DNA of 64,000 nucleotides from Mustelus asterias (Eukaryota). The notes under the pieces are model-generated. The model made no database searches. It was not told the origin of the DNA and was given only the letters and a program-made list of their open reading frames with translations. Of this stretch, positions 27,418 to 41,484 are shown in pieces (within the stretch, counting starts at the first letter, position 1; the number at the start of each line of letters is the position of its first letter). The stretch covers positions 310,001-374,000 of the forward strand of contig NW_027590275.1 of NCBI RefSeq assembly GCF_964213995.1, written 5' to 3'. Made by a program: the position numbers and the translations under genes.

Positions 27418-28874
27418 ACATGGGATTGTGGGTAGCGTCTTGAGATGGATAGAAAGCTGGTTAGCAGACAGGAAGCAAAGAGATGGCATAAATGGGTCTT
27501 TTTCCAATTGGAAGGCAGTGATTAGTGGGGTACCGCAGGGATCTGTGCTTGGACCCCAACTGTTCATACTATATATTAATGATTTGGACACAGGAACTAA
27601 ATGTATTATCTCCAAACATGTAGATGATACAATATTGGGTTGGAGGGTGAGCTGTGAGGAGCATGCAGAGATCCTCCAGCGTGATTTGGACAGGCTGAGT
27701 GTGTGGGCATCTGCATGGCAGATATGGTATAATGTGGATAAATATGCAGCGACCACTATGGGAATGTGGAAAATATGTAAGAAAATGTGGGTCCGTAACT
27801 CCCTTTCTTTAATATGGGGTGTGTCGTCTGGCACATTCATCAGTCTGTGTGGGTTTGTGATGATTTCTGGACTCTATTAGTACTACCATATCTGTGTGTC
27901 AGACTGATTAGTGTCATTCAGGATCAGGCTCAGGTGTTGTCAGTGAGTTCAGTAACAGTCTGTATCTGTCAGTGTCTGGTAATGGACATGTGCTGGAGAA
28001 TGTTTCTGAATCTGTCAGTCACTGTTACTCTGACAGTGTGGGATTCATTACATAACCGAAGGCTCTGGGACAGTTTAACAGTCTGGATTCATTCCACATT
28101 GAAATTTCAGTGCAGAAACAGGCCATTGATGCTGTAGGTATTTTCAAAAAAAATTCTAATTTTTGCCTTGTATTAAATCACTTTGTGTGAGCACAATTGT
28201 GGAGGATCATGCATCTTTTCATCTAACACGCCATTGTTAAGTAAAGGTAAGTGTAATTCACATTTTAATAATCAAATTGATTCCTTTATCATTCACTGTG
28301 TTTGGGAGAACTTTATACTTGAATGTTGAGCTCAGTTTGACTGTGAGAATTATTACAATTTCTGCCCTACACGTCTGAGGCTTTAAGTCAGGTATGTGAT
28401 CTGTATCTCAGTTTGTACCAATTTATATGTATCCTTATTACAATAATCAGTGTGTGTCTCAGATTATACAATCATTCAGTTCTATCTGGTATTTAATTGA
28501 ATTGCAACTAATGCGACAATATTGCAGGCATGACACACTGACAATCTGATAGCGGGTGAGAATTTGGACTGGGATTTATGTATCTACCTGTCAGTGGTAC
28601 TGACTTGGGATGACATGGAAACAATGTCTGTCTCTCCTGCTCTGATTGATTGTTGGATTGAAAATGTGTCTCTGCAACCGGTTCTGCTGCCTGAGACTGT
28701 GGAACTGATGCACTCTGAGAGAGAACAGACATACTGTGTGTGAGGAGCTCGCTGCACTGTTCACTGCAACTCAGGTGAGGAAACTTCAAACTCACATTGA
28801 TTGGTTCAATGATTTGCCTGTCAGGAATAATTTACTCACTTACAGGTGAGGGAATAATACACAGCCCTTGTTCA

Positions 28875-31720
28875 ATTTGATTTATTGTTGTCACATGTAT
28901 TGGCAGACTGTGAAAAGTATTTTTTCTTGTGCGCTATACAAGCAAAGCATACCATTCATAGAGTACATGGGGAGAAAGAAATGACAGAGTGCAGAATGTA
29001 GTGTTACATTCAGAACTAGTCTGCAGCAAAAGATCAATATAAGATAGGTCCATTCAAAAGTCTGATGGCAGCAGGGAAGATGCGGTTCTTGAGTTGGTTG
29101 GTACATGATCTCAGATGTTTGTATCTTTTTCCTGTTGAAAGAAGATGGAAGAGAGAATGTCCGGGGTGCATGGGGGTCTTTGATTATGCTGGCTGCTTTT
29201 CTGACGTGATGGGAAGTGCAGACGGAGTCAATGGATGGGAGGCTGATTTGTGTGATGGACTGCGCTACTATAAGAACTGTTCGTAGTTTAAGGCGGTCTT
29301 GGTAAGAGCAGGAGCCATACCAAGCTGTGATACATCTGGAAAGGGTATTTTCTTTGGTGCATCTGAAAAACTTGGTGAGAGTCATAGCGGAAATCATAGA
29401 AATTATAGAAACCCGACAGTGCAGAAAGAGGCCATCTGGCCCATCGAGTCTGCACCGACCACAATCCCACCCAGGCCCTACCCATATCCCTACACATTTA
29501 CCCACAATTCCCTCTAACCTACACATCTCAGGACACTAAGGGGCAATTTTAGCATGGCCAATCAACCTAACCCGCACATCTTTGGACTGTGGGAGGAAAC
29601 CGGAGCACCCGGAGGAAACCCACGCAGACACGAGGAGAATGTGCAAACTCCACACAGGCAATGCTGAATTTCCTTAGCCTCCTGAGAAATTAGAGGTCTT
29701 ACTTAACTATAGTGTCAGCGTGGTAGGACCAAGACAAGTTATTGATGATCTCGACACCCAGAAATCTGAAGCTCTCGACAATTTCCATTTCACCCCCATT
29801 GATGTAGACAGGGGCATGTCCTCCACGATGCTTCCTGAAGTTAATGACAATCCCCTTTGTTTGGTTGACATTGAGGGAGAGATTATTGTCGTTGCACTAA
29901 TTTACCAGATTCTCTATCTCATTCCTATAGTCCGTCTCATCATTGTTTGAGATCCGACCCGCTATGGTGGTATCATCAGCAAACTTGAAAATAGATTTGA
30001 AGCGGAATTTGGCCACACGGTCATAAGTGTATAAGGAGCATCGTGAGGGGTTGAGGATACAGCCTTGTGGGGCACTGGTGTTGAGAATAATCATGGAGGA
30101 GGTGTCGTTGCTTATCTTTACTAATTGCGGTCTGTGGGTTAAGAAGTCGAGGATGCAGTCGCAGAGGGAGGAACCAAGCCCTAGCCATGGTGTTTGAAGA
30201 TGGGTTTTGTAGGAATAATGGTGTTGAAGGCTGAGCTGTAATCAATAAATGGAAATCTGACATGTGTCTTTGTTATCCAGGTGTTCCAGGGTTGAGTGTA
30301 CGGTCAGGGAGATGGCATCTACTGTGGACCTGTTGCAGCAGTAGGTAAACTGTCGTGGATCCAGGCAATCTGGGAGACTGGAGCTGATCCGTGCCATGAC
30401 TAACCTTTCGAAGCAGTTCATAATGATGGATGTCAGAGCTACCAGGCAATAGTCATGAAGGCACGATGCCTGGCTTTTCTTTGGTACAGGGATGATGTCA
30501 TCTTCTTGAAGCAGATAGGGACCTCAGATTGGTGAAAGGAGAGGTTAAAGATGTCAGCGAATACCCCTGCCAGCTGGTCCTCGCTGGATCTAAGTGCCTG
30601 TCCCCATACCCCATCCAGGCCAGTCGCTTTCCGCGGGTTAACTTTCAAGGCGGCTGATCTGAAGTCTGTGATGGTGACCTCGGATACAGGTTCGGCCAAG
30701 GCTTTCAGAGTGGAGGGCATCCTCTCTCTTCCTCAAAACAGACATAGAATGCATTGAGCCCATCAGGGAGAGGGGCATTGTCGCTGGCAATTCGACATGC
30801 CTTCATCTGGTAGCCTGTTATGCCTTTCAGACCTTACCATAAACGGTGGGAGTCCATGTGGCGAGCCTCGGACTCTAGCCTGGTCCGGTACTGGCACTTG
30901 GCATCTTTGATGGTTCCCTGTAGGTCACATCTGGATTTCTTTACAGTTCAGGGTCCCCTGACTGGAACCCCTCGGACCTGGACTTCAGGAAGCAGTGGAT
31001 ATCCCTGTTCATCCATGCTTTCCGGTTGGGAAAAACATGGATTTGCTTCTTTGGTCAGTCTTCTATGCAATGACTAAGGAAGTCAGTTACTGTAGTGACG
31101 TACTCATTCAGGGTGCTTATCTGAGGCCGCTGTACGGTCCATTCGGTGGATGGAGAAGCCCTGAGGTTGTAGGGCACTGTCCGGTGAAGCAGGTGTGGTC
31201 TGTGTCTCCGTGAAACAGAGCACACAGCAGTCTCTCAGTTCCCTTTGAAAAGTGAGTCTGGTTTTAAGTTCATCTAGATTGTGTTCCAGAGATGGAACAT
31301 TTGCCAGGAGTAAGCTGGGGAGGGGGGCCTTGGAACCACATTGTTTCAGTCTCACCTGCAAGCCTGCGCGTTTCCCACGCTTCCTGGGGTGGCTGCTTCC
31401 TGTCGTGCCTGTGAGACGGTGTTTAGTCTGTGGGATCAAGGGTGTAGCTGTATCCTGTTTCCGCTTTGGTTGGTGTGTGGGTGGAGGATTTGTTGCCATG
31501 GTCACGGTTCCTGTGTCGGCAGTCGGGTCTGAGCGGTCGGGAGTTCCGGGTCGCTGTCGGGCTGCGGTTTGAGTTTGGAGGGTGTTCACACCACACTCCG
31601 GCATGGACGGGTTGAAGGCCGGTTAGTGGATGGGGTCACGGCTGGGTCCACGTGTTCGGGTTCTCCGGGTCACTGCCAGGTCGGGGTCTCCCTTCCGAGG
31701 TCAGAGGATCTCTTGTCTTG
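28875..31720 (-). mobile_element. Rex1/Babar-type LINE, degraded, with HE1 SINE insert (29395-29657)
   Basis: SLLLANVPSLEHNLDELKTRLTFQRELRDCCVLCFTET (APE); [16 protein letters not shown] (RT). Confidence 0.85.
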
Positions 31721-32764
31721 CAAATAAATTTAAAAGAGCAGTTTTAGTAATTTATAAATCTCAGTACATAATCATAATGAACATCCACAAAGGAACCCCA
31801 GTGATACAAACATTGTCAATGTGTGACTGCAGGCCTCAGTGTCTGTGTAAGAGATGCATGATCAGTGGCGGTAGGTGCTATGACAATTCAATGACATTCA
31901 GATAGAACTGAAACCCTGCACTGCTCCATGAATGGGATAACCGGATGGAGCAGGGACATTTGTAATGTTCATATTTCCATTCATTGCTCCCGTGTGATTA
32001 ACCAGATCGTAATCAAAACCAAACAGTCTCTGTTTAAAATGTGTCCATCCTCGTTCTCACCTGGTGCCTGCAAGAGCTGCTCTTTGTCTAACTCCCCACA
32101 TCCTGACTGTCTGCCTCTGCTTCCAATCTTCACTGTCCAATCACAGCAAACCAGGGGAGACTGGAATTAGAGTCATTACCGTATGGAAGGAGGCCATTCG
32201 CCACATCCAGTCCATGCTGGTTCTCCATGGAGCAATCCAGTCAGTCCCATTCTCCTGCTCTATCCCCATAGCCCGACAAGTTTATTTCCCTCAAATGTCC
32301 CTCCAAATTCCTCTTTGAAATAATTCATCATCTCGGCTTCCAACCTCAGAGACAGCAACTTCCAGGTTGTCACTCACTGCATGAGAAGTTCTTCCACACA
32401 TCCCCCCAGTATGTCTTCCAAAACCTTCAACTTGTGCCCCCTCGTCCTTAAACTATCAGTGATTGGGATTAGCTTTTCTTTGTCTACCTGAACCACACCA
32501 GCCATAATCCTGTCCACCTCTATCAGATCTCTCTCTCAATCTGCTTTGCTCCAAAAAGATCAACCCCAGCTTCTGCAACCTAACTTTGTGGCTAAAACCC
32601 CTCATTGCTGAAACCATTCTGGTCAATCTCCTCTGCACCCGCTGAACCACCGTCACATGTTTCCTCAAGTGTGCTGAGCAGAACTGGACTCAATGCTTCA
32701 GCTGTGATCCAATCAGAGTTTTCTAAAGGCTCAGCATAACTTGCATGATTCTGTACTCAATGCC

Positions 32765-34512
32765 TGTGTCCTCATGGAGAGGGTCACTCATGTGGACGAG
32801 GAGGGTTTGAACTAAACTGGCAGGGGGATGGGCACCATTATATAGAAGTGGAAAAGAGGAATATCTAGAGGAAGAACAAAAATCACCGGCTCCAACGCAC
32901 GCCTCCCTGATGAGCTCAATGCATTCTGTGCCCGCTCTGAGCAAGAGGTCAGCGAGAGCACGCGCTCCACCCTGGAAGCCTGAGATGAATCTGTATCTGA
33001 GGTCACCATTGCAAATGTCAGAGCAGCTTTCTCAGAGGTCAACCCAAGGAAAGTGACTGCCTCGGATGGGGTACCCGGACAAGCACTCAGATCCTGCATG
33101 GATCAGCTGGCGGGCGCATTCGCAGACATCTTCAACCTCTTGTTACAACAATCTGAGGTCCCTACCTGTTTCAAGACGACGACCATCATCCCAGTACCAA
33201 AGAAAAGCTAAGCAGCGTGCCTCAATGACCATTATCCAGTGGCTCAGACATCCATCATTAAGAAGTGCATTGAAAGATCATGGCACAAATCAATTCCAGC
33301 CTCCCAGACTATCTGGATGCACGACAGTTCGCCTACCAGCGCAACAGGACACAGCAGACGCCATCTCCCTGCCCCTGCACTCAGCCCTGGAACACCTCGA
33401 TAACAAAGACACTTACAGCAGACTTCTATTTATTGACTACAGCTCAGCCTTCAACACCAATATTCCTACAAAACTCATCTCCAAACTCCGTGGCCTGGAC
33501 CTCGGCTCCTCTCTCTGCGACTGGATACTGAACTTCCTAACCCACAGGCCACAATCAGAAAGGAGAAGCAACAACACCTCCTCCACGATCATCCCCAACA
33601 CTGGTGCCCCACAAGGCTATGTTCTCAGCCCCCTACTATACTCCTGTGACTGTGTGGCCAAATTCCCCTCCAATTCGATTTTCAAGTTTGCTGACGACAC
33701 CACCGCAGTGGGCCGGATCGCAAACAATGATGAGAGAGTTCAGGAACGAGATAGAGAATCTGGTGAACTGGTGCAGTGACAATAATCTGTCCCCCAATGT
33801 CAACAAAATGAAGGAGATTGTCATCTACTTCAGGAAGCATAAGAGAGAACATGCCCCTGTCTACATTAACGGGGACGAAGTAGAAATGGTCGATAGCTTC
33901 ATGTTTTTAGGTGTCCAGATCACCAACAACCTGTCCTGGTCCGGCTCATGCCGACACTATAGTTAAGAAAGCACCACCAACGTCTATACTTTCTCAGCAG
34001 ACTAAAGAAATTTAGCACATCAGCTACGACTCTCACCAACTGTTAGAGATGCACCATAGAAAGCATTATTTCTGGTTGTATCACAACTTGGTTTGGCTCC
34101 TGCTCTGCCCAAGACTGCAAGAAACTACAAAATGTTGTGAATGTAGCCCAATCCATCACGCAAACCAGCCTCCCATCCATTGACTCTGTATACACTTCCT
34201 GCTGCCAGCCAGCAGAATTCAGGACCCCACTCACCCCGGACATCATCTCTTCCACCTTCTTCCGTTGGGAAAAAGATAGAAAAGTCTGAGGTCACGTACC
34301 AACCGACTCAAGAACAGTTTCTTCCCTGCTGCTGCCAGACTTTTGAATGGACCTACCTTGCATTAAGTTGATCTTTCTCTACACCCTAGCTATGACTACA
34401 TTCTGCACTCTCTCCTTTACTTCTCTATGAAAGGTATGCTTTGTCTATATAGCGCGCAAGAAACAGTAATTTTCACTGCATACTCATACACGTGAAAATA
34501 ATAAATCAAATC
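32765..34512 (+). mobile_element. Rex1/Babar-type LINE, 5'-truncated
   Basis: [31 protein letters not shown]; AATAAATCAAATC tail. Confidence 0.85.
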
Positions 34513-34964
34513 ATATAAGGTAGGAGTAGATGAAGAAGGAATCGCAGTGGAATACAAGGATAGGTTTGGAAAGCATGTGTGTAATCACACAAAGTGTCAT
34601 CGAGTCAGAGGTTTACAGCATGGAAACAGGCCCTTTGGCCCAACTGGTCCATACCACCCCGTTTTTTAACCCCCTAATCTAGTCCCAATTGCCTGCATTT
34701 GGCCCATATCCCTCTGTACCTATCTTACCCATGTAACTGTCTCAACGCTTCTTAACAGACAAAATTGTACCCACCTCTACTACAACTGTGGCAGCTTGTT
34801 CCAGACACTTATCACCTTCTGGGTGAAAAAATTGCACCTCTGGACTCTTTTATATCTCTCCCCTCTCACCTTAAACCTATGCCCTCTCGTTTTAGACTCC
34901 CCTACCTTTGGGAAAAGATATCGACTATCTAGCTGCCCGATGCTCCTCATTATTTTATATTAAT

Positions 34965-37632
34965 TAGGAACAAAATGTGGAATCATTATGGGTAGAGATG
35001 AGGAATAGTAGAGGGAGAAAGACACTAGTAGGTGTGGTATATAGGCCCCCAAATAATAATGTTGAGGTAGGGAGGGCTATAAACAAGCAGATAAGGGATG
35101 CGTGTAAAAACGGAACGGCAATAATCATGGGGGACTTCAACATGCACATTGACTGGCAGACTTAAGTCAGTAAGGGTGGAATGGAGGAAGAGTTCTTAGA
35201 ATACTGTCGGGATAGTTTCCTTGAACAGCATGTTACGGAACCGACGAGGGAACGAGCTATTTTGGATCTGGTATTGTGTAACGAGGTAGGTAGAATTAAG
35301 GATCTTATTGTGAAGGACCCTCTTGGGTCTAGTGACCACAATATGGTCGAGGTCGAATTTCTGATTCAGATGGAAGAGGAGAAAGTTTGGTCCCAAACCA
35401 GTGTCCTCTGTTTGAACAGAGGGAAATATGATAGGAAGAGGGATGAATTGGCTAAGGTAGACTGGGAGAGCAGGCTGGCAGGTAGGATAGCTGAGGAACA
35501 GTGGAGGATTTTTAAGGAGATCCTTTTCAGTTCTCAGCAAAAATATATTCCAGCAAAAAACAAGGATTGTAAGAAAAGGGAGAACCAGCCGTGGATAACG
35601 AAGGAAATAAAGGAGAGTATTAAAATAAAAACAGCTGCGTACAGAGTGGCCAAAAAAAGTGGAGAAACAAGTGATTGGGAAAAATTTAAGAAACAACAAA
35701 GAGAGACTAAGAAAGCGATAAAGAAAGGAAGGATAGACTATGAAGCTAGGCTAGCAATTAATATAAAAAATGATAGTAAAAGTTTTTATAAATATATAAA
35801 AAGGAATAGAGTGGCTAGAGTGAATGTTGGACCCTTGGAGGACGAGAGGGGGGAGTTAATAGTGGGAAATGAGGATATGGCTGAGTCTTTAAATAAGTTT
35901 TTTGTGTCGGTCTTCACGGTGGAGGACACAAATAGTTTGCCAAACATTAACGATAGAGGGTTAGCAGCAGGAGAAATACTTAATACAATTAATGTTACCA
36001 GAGAGGCAGTGCTGGGTAGACTAATGGGACTGAAGGTGGACAAGTCCCCGGGTCCGGATGGAATGCATCCCAGGGTATTGAAAGAAATATCAGAGGTAAT
36101 AGTGGATGCGTTAGTGATTATTTATCAAAACTCGTTGCATTCTGGGGTAGTGCCGGTTGATTGGAAAACGGCTAATGTTACGCCGCTGTTTAAAAAAGGA
36201 AGGAGACAAAAGGCGGGTAACTATAGGCCGGTCAGCTTAACGTCTGTAGTAGGGGAAATGCTGGAATCCATTATTAAAGAGGAGATAGCAGGGCATCTGG
36301 ATAGAAATGGCTCGATCAATCAGACGCAGCATGGATTCATGAGGGGAAAGTCGTGCTTGACGAACATGTTGGATTTTTATGAAGATGTGACTAGGGCGGT
36401 TGATGGAGGAGAACCGGTGGATGTGGTGTTTTTGAATTTCCAAAAGGCGTTTGATAAGGTGCCCCATAAAAGGCTGCTGAAGAGGATTAGGGCACACGGA
36501 GTTGGGGGTAGCGTGTTAAAGTGGATTGGGGACTGGCTATCCGACAGGAAGCAAAGAGTCGGAATAAATGGGTGTTTTTCCGGTTGGAGGAAGGTAACTA
36601 GTGGCGTGCCGCAGGGATCGGTACTCGGGCCGCAACTGTTTACCATTTATATAGATGATCTGGAGGAGGGGACGGAGTGTAGGGTAACGAAGTTTGCAGA
36701 CGACACAAAGATAAGTGGAAAAGTGAATCGTGTGGAGGACGGAGAAGATCTGCAGAGAGATTTGGACAGGCTGAGTGAGTGGGCGAGGATATGGCAAATG
36801 GAGTATAACGTTGATAAATGCGAGGTTATACACTTTGGAGGAAATAATAACAAATGGGATTACTATCTCAATGGAAACAAATTAAAACATGCTACCGTGC
36901 AAAGGGACCTGGGGGTCCTTGTGCATGAGACGCAAAAGCCCAGTCTGCAGGTACAACAGGTGATCAAGAAGGCAAATGGGATGTTGGCCTATATCGCGAG
37001 GGGGATAGAATATAAAAGCAGGGATGTCTTGATGCACCTGTACAAGGCATTGGTGAGGCCGCAGCTGGAATACTGTGTGCAGTATTGGTCCCCTTATATG
37101 AGGAAGGATATATTGGCATTGGAGGGAGTGCAGAGAAGGTTCACCAGGTTGATACCGGAGATGAGGGGTTTGGATTATGAGGAGAGGCTGAGGAGATTGG
37201 GTTTGTACTCGTTGGAGTTTAGAAGGATGAGGGGGGATCTTATGGAGACTTATAAGATAATGCGGGGGCTGGATAGGGTGGAGGCGGAGAGATTCTTTCC
37301 ACTTAGTAAGGAAGTTAAAACTAGAGGACACAGCCTCAAAATAAAGGGGGGTCGGTTTAAGACAGAGTTGAGGAGGAACTTCTTCTCCCAGAGGGTGGTG
37401 AATCTCTGGAATTCTTTGCCCACTGAGGTGGTGGAGGCTACCTCGCTGAATATGTTTAAAGCACGGATGGATGGATTCCTGATCGGTAAGGGAATTAAGG
37501 GTTATGGGGATCAGGCGGGTAGGTGGTACTGATCCACGTCAGATCAGCCATGATCTTATTGAATGGCGGGGCAGGCTCGAGGGGCTAGATGGCCTACTCC
37601 TGCTCCTATTTCTTATGTTCTTATGTTCTTAT
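34965..37632 (+). mobile_element. Young 5'-truncated CR1 LINE nested in an older minus-strand CR1
   Basis: 783-aa open frame, (TTCTTATG)n tail; flanks 34600-34960 and 37635-39645 are one older antisense CR1. Confidence 0.95.
35181..37532 (+). CDS. CR1 ORF2 (partial APE + complete RT)
   Basis: SDHN, GNYRPVSLTS, GVPQGSVLGP and KFADDTK motifs in one uninterrupted frame. Confidence 0.85.
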   Translation: MEEEFLEYCRDSFLEQHVTEPTRERAILDLVLCNEVGRIKDLIVKDPLGSSDHNMVEVEFLIQMEEEKVWSQTSVLCLNRGKYDRKRDELAKVDWESRLAGRIAEEQWRIFKEILFSSQQKYIPAKNKDCKKRENQPWITKEIKESIKIKTAAYRVAKKSGETSDWEKFKKQQRETKKAIKKGRIDYEARLAINIKNDSKSFYKYIKRNRVARVNVGPLEDERGELIVGNEDMAESLNKFFVSVFTVEDTNSLPNINDRGLAAGEILNTINVTREAVLGRLMGLKVDKSPGPDGMHPRVLKEISEVIVDALVIIYQNSLHSGVVPVDWKTANVTPLFKKGRRQKAGNYRPVSLTSVVGEMLESIIKEEIAGHLDRNGSINQTQHGFMRGKSCLTNMLDFYEDVTRAVDGGEPVDVVFLNFQKAFDKVPHKRLLKRIRAHGVGGSVLKWIGDWLSDRKQRVGINGCFSGWRKVTSGVPQGSVLGPQLFTIYIDDLEEGTECRVTKFADDTKISGKVNRVEDGEDLQRDLDRLSEWARIWQMEYNVDKCEVIHFGGNNNKWDYYLNGNKLKHATVQRDLGVLVHETQKPSLQVQQVIKKANGMLAYIARGIEYKSRDVLMHLYKALVRPQLEYCVQYWSPYMRKDILALEGVQRRFTRLIPEMRGLDYEERLRRLGLYSLEFRRMRGDLMETYKIMRGLDRVEAERFFPLSKEVKTRGHSLKIKGGRFKTELRRNFFSQRVVNLWNSLPTEVVEATSLNMFKARMDGFLIGKGIKGYGDQAGRWY

Positions 37633-38215
37633 AACACTCTATAACATCACCCCTCAGCCTTGTATGCTTCAGAGAAAAACGTCCCAGTCTATCCAGCCTC
37701 TCCTTATAATTCAAACCATCAAGTCTCGGTAGCATCCTATAAATCTTTTCTGCACTCTTTCTTATTTAATAATATCCTTTCTATAATGTGACCAGAACTG
37801 TACACAGTATTCCAAGTGTGGCCTGATCAATAGAACCATAGAAAATTACAGCTCAGAAACAGGCCTTTTGGCCCTTCTTGTCTGTGCCGAACCATTTTTT
37901 GCCTCGTCCCATTGACCTGCACTTGGACCATATCCCTACACACCCCTCTCATCCATGAACCCGTCCAAGTTTTTCTTAAATGTTAAAAGTGACCCCGCAT
38001 TTACCACTTTATCCGGCAGCTCATTCCACACTCCCACCACTCTCTGCGTGAAGAATCCCCCCCTAATATTCCCTTTAAACTTTTCTCCTTTCACCCTTAA
38101 CCCATGCCCTCTTGTACAACTTCGACAAGACGTCCCAATGTCTTGTACAATTTCAAATACCCAATGTCTTGTACAACTTCAACAAGACGTCCCAACTCCT
38201 GTATTCAATATTCTG

Positions 38216-39336
38216 TAAGAAGTTTAACAACACCAGGTTAAAGTCCAACAGGTTTATTTGGTAGCAAAAGCCACACAAGCTTTCGGAGCTCTTAGCCCCT
38301 TCTTCAGGTGAGTGGGAATTCTGTTCACAAACAGAGTTTATAAAGACACAGACTCAATTTACATGAATAATGGTTGGAATGCGAATACTTACAACTAATC
38401 AAGTCTTTAAGAAACAAAACAATGTGAGTGGAGAGAGCATCAAGACAGGCTAAAAAGATGTGTATTGTTTCCAGACAAGACAGCCAGTGAAACTCTGCAG
38501 GTCCACGCAACTGTGGGAGTTACAAATAGTGTGACATGAACCCAGTATCCCGGTTGAGGCCGTCCTCGTGTGTGCGGAACTTGGCTATCAGTTTCTGCTC
38601 AGCGACTCTGCGCTGTCGTGTGTCGCGAAGGCCGCCTTGGAGAACGCTTACCCGAATATCAGAGGCCGAAAGCCCGTGACCGCTGAAGTGCTCCCCAACA
38701 GGAAGAGAACAGTCTTGCCTGGTGATTGTCGAGCGGTGTTCATTCATCCGTTGTCGCAGCATCAACGGATGAATGAACACCGCTCGACAATCACCAGGCA
38801 AGACTGTTCTCTTCCTGTTGGGGAGCACTTCAGCGGTCACGGGCATTCGGCCTCTGATATTCGGGTAAGCGTCCTCCAAGGCGGCCTTCGCGACACACGA
38901 CAGCGCAGTCGCTGAGCAGAAACTGATAGCCAAGTTCCGCACACACGCGGACGGCCTCAACCGGGATATTGGGTTCATGTCGCACTATTTGTAACTCCGA
39001 CAGTTGCGTGGACCTGCAGAGTTTCACTGGTTGTCTTGTCTGGAGACAATACACATCTTTTTAGCCTGTCTTGATGCTCTCTCCACTCACATTGTTTCGT
39101 TTCTTAAAGACTTGATTAGTTGTAAGTATTCGCATTCCAACCATTATTCATGTAAATTGAGTCTGTGTCTTTATAAGCTCTGTTTGTGAACAGAATTCCC
39201 ACTCACCTGAAGAAGGGGCTAAGAGCTCCGAAAGCTTGTGTGGCTTTTGCTACCAAATAAACCTGTTGGACTTTAACCTGGTGTTGTTAAACTTCTTACT
39301 GTGTTTACCCCAGTCCAACGCCGGCATCTCCACATC
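38216..39336. mobile_element. Fold-back Penelope-like insertion (inverted pLTR/GIY-YIG end) with 12-bp TSD
   Basis: Arms 38216-38753 and 38763-39299 are near-perfect reverse complements; TSD TTCAATATTCTG at 38204-38215 and 39337-39348; encodes QRMNEHR...HEDGLN. Confidence 0.92.
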
Positions 39337-40231
39337 TTCAATATTCTGACCAGTGAAACGAAGCATGCTGAATGTCTTCTTCACCATTCTGTCCACCTGT
39401 GTCTTCACTTTCAAGGAGCTATGAACCTGTACCCCGAGATCTCTTTGTTCTATAACGCTCCCCAACTCCCTGCTATTAACTGACTAAGTCCTGCCCTGGT
39501 TCGATCTACCAAAATGCATCACCTTGCATTTGTCGAAATTAAACTACATCTGCCATTCGTCAGCCCACTGGCCCAATTGATCACAATACTGTTGCAATCC
39601 TAGATAACCTTCTTCACTGTCCACTATGCCAGCAATCTTGGTAACATAGTGGACAGTGTGGTGAATAAGGTTGGTGAGTTAGAAGCACAAATAGCCACAT
39701 AGGAACACAAGAGAGTGTCAATGTTGAAAATGCGGTCTGGAAATGGAGAGAACCGGGCGATTACTATTCAATACAATGTGAACAGAAAAGAGAGAAGGGT
39801 AAAAGGTAGGTGTGGTGAGAAGGAAATAGAGCAGCAAATCTACAGGCAGATCATGCATTGTAGATACAGAATTAATTCCATTCTCACACAGACTGACAGG
39901 AAGGTTGACCACATGATCCAAGTGTCTGGAGGTGGTCACTTGAGTAACAGTGATCATTGTGTCACAAGCTTGATATTAGCGAGGAACAATCTAAAGTAGC
40001 ACTTCTGAACGGGAAGAGGACTAACCTCAATGGGAGGAGCTGGAATTGAGCCAGAGTAAACTGGAGCCAAAATCTGACAGGAAAAGCTGTCACAGAACAA
40101 TGGGTGATCTTTCAGGAGATGTTTCAGGTACAGACTCGGTACATTCTAATCAGGGTGAAAGGGAGGGGAACCAAAGCCAGGGCTCCTTGGAGGATGAAGA
40201 AGATAGAAAGTATAATGAAACAATGAAGAGG

Positions 40232-41447
40232 CCATTTGATTGAGTTTTTTGAAGGGGTAACCAAGAAGGTAGATGAGGGCAGTGCAGTTGATGTTGTCTA
40301 CATGGACTTTAGCAAGGCCTTTGACAAGGTACCGCATGGTAGGTTGTTGCATAAGGTTAAATCTCACGGGATCCAGGGTGAGGTATCTAATTGGATACAA
40401 AATTGACTTCTTGACAGAAGCCAGATGGTGGTTGTAGAGAGTTGTTTTTCAAACTGGAGGCCTGTGACCAGGGATGTGCCTCAGGGATCTGTGCTAGGTC
40501 CACTGTTATTTGTCATTTATATTCATAATTTGATGAGAATATATGAGGAATGGTTAGTAAGTTTGCAGATGACACTACGATTGGTGGCAGAGTGGACAGT
40601 GAAGAAAGTGATCTCCAATTGCAAGGGGATCTTGATCAATTGGGCCAGTGGGCTGACGAATGGCAGATGGAGTTTAAATGCGAGGTGATGCATTTTGGTA
40701 GATTGAACCAGGGCAGGACTGACTCAGTTAATAGTAGGGCATTGGGGAAAGTTACAGAACAAAGAGATCTAGGGGTACATGTTCATAGCTCCTTGAAAGT
40801 GGAGTCACAGGTGGACAGAGTGGTGAAGAAGGCATTCGGCATGCTTGGTTTCATTGGTCAGAACACTGAATACAGGACTTGGAATGTCTTGTTGAAGTTG
40901 TACAAAACATTGGTAAAGCCACACTTGGAATACTGTGTGCAATTCTGGTCACCCTATTTTAGAAAGGATATTATTAAACTAGAAAGAGTGTAGAAAATAT
41001 TTACTAGGATGCTACCGGGACTTGATGGATTGAGTTATAAGGAGATGCTGGATAAACTGGGACTTTTTCTTCTGGAGCGTAGGTGGTGATCTTATAGAGG
41101 TCTATAAAATAATGAGGTGCCCAGATCAGCTGGATAGTCTATATCTTTTCCCAAAGGTAGGGGAGTCCAAAACTAGAGGGGAGAGATACAAAAGTGTCCA
41201 GAGGGGCAATTTTTTCACAGAGGATGGTGAGTGTCTGGAACAAGCTGCCAGAGGTAGTAGTAGAGGCGGGTACAATTTTGTCTTTTAAAAAGCATTTGGA
41301 TAGTTACATGGGTACAATGGGTATAGAGGGATATGGGCCAAATGCGGGCAATTGGGATTACCTTGACTTTGTTTTTTAAAAAAAGGGCGGCATGGACAAG
41401 TTTGGCCGAAGGGCCTGTTTCCATGTTGTAAACATCTATGACTCTAT
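40232..41447 (+). mobile_element. Degraded CR1 RT/3' fragment
   Basis: DVPQGSVLGP, KFADDT and PHLEYCVQFWSP motifs with frameshifts. Confidence 0.85.
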
Positions 41448-41484
41448 GCATATCAGAAGAATTCTTCAAGTGAGAACCATTAGA

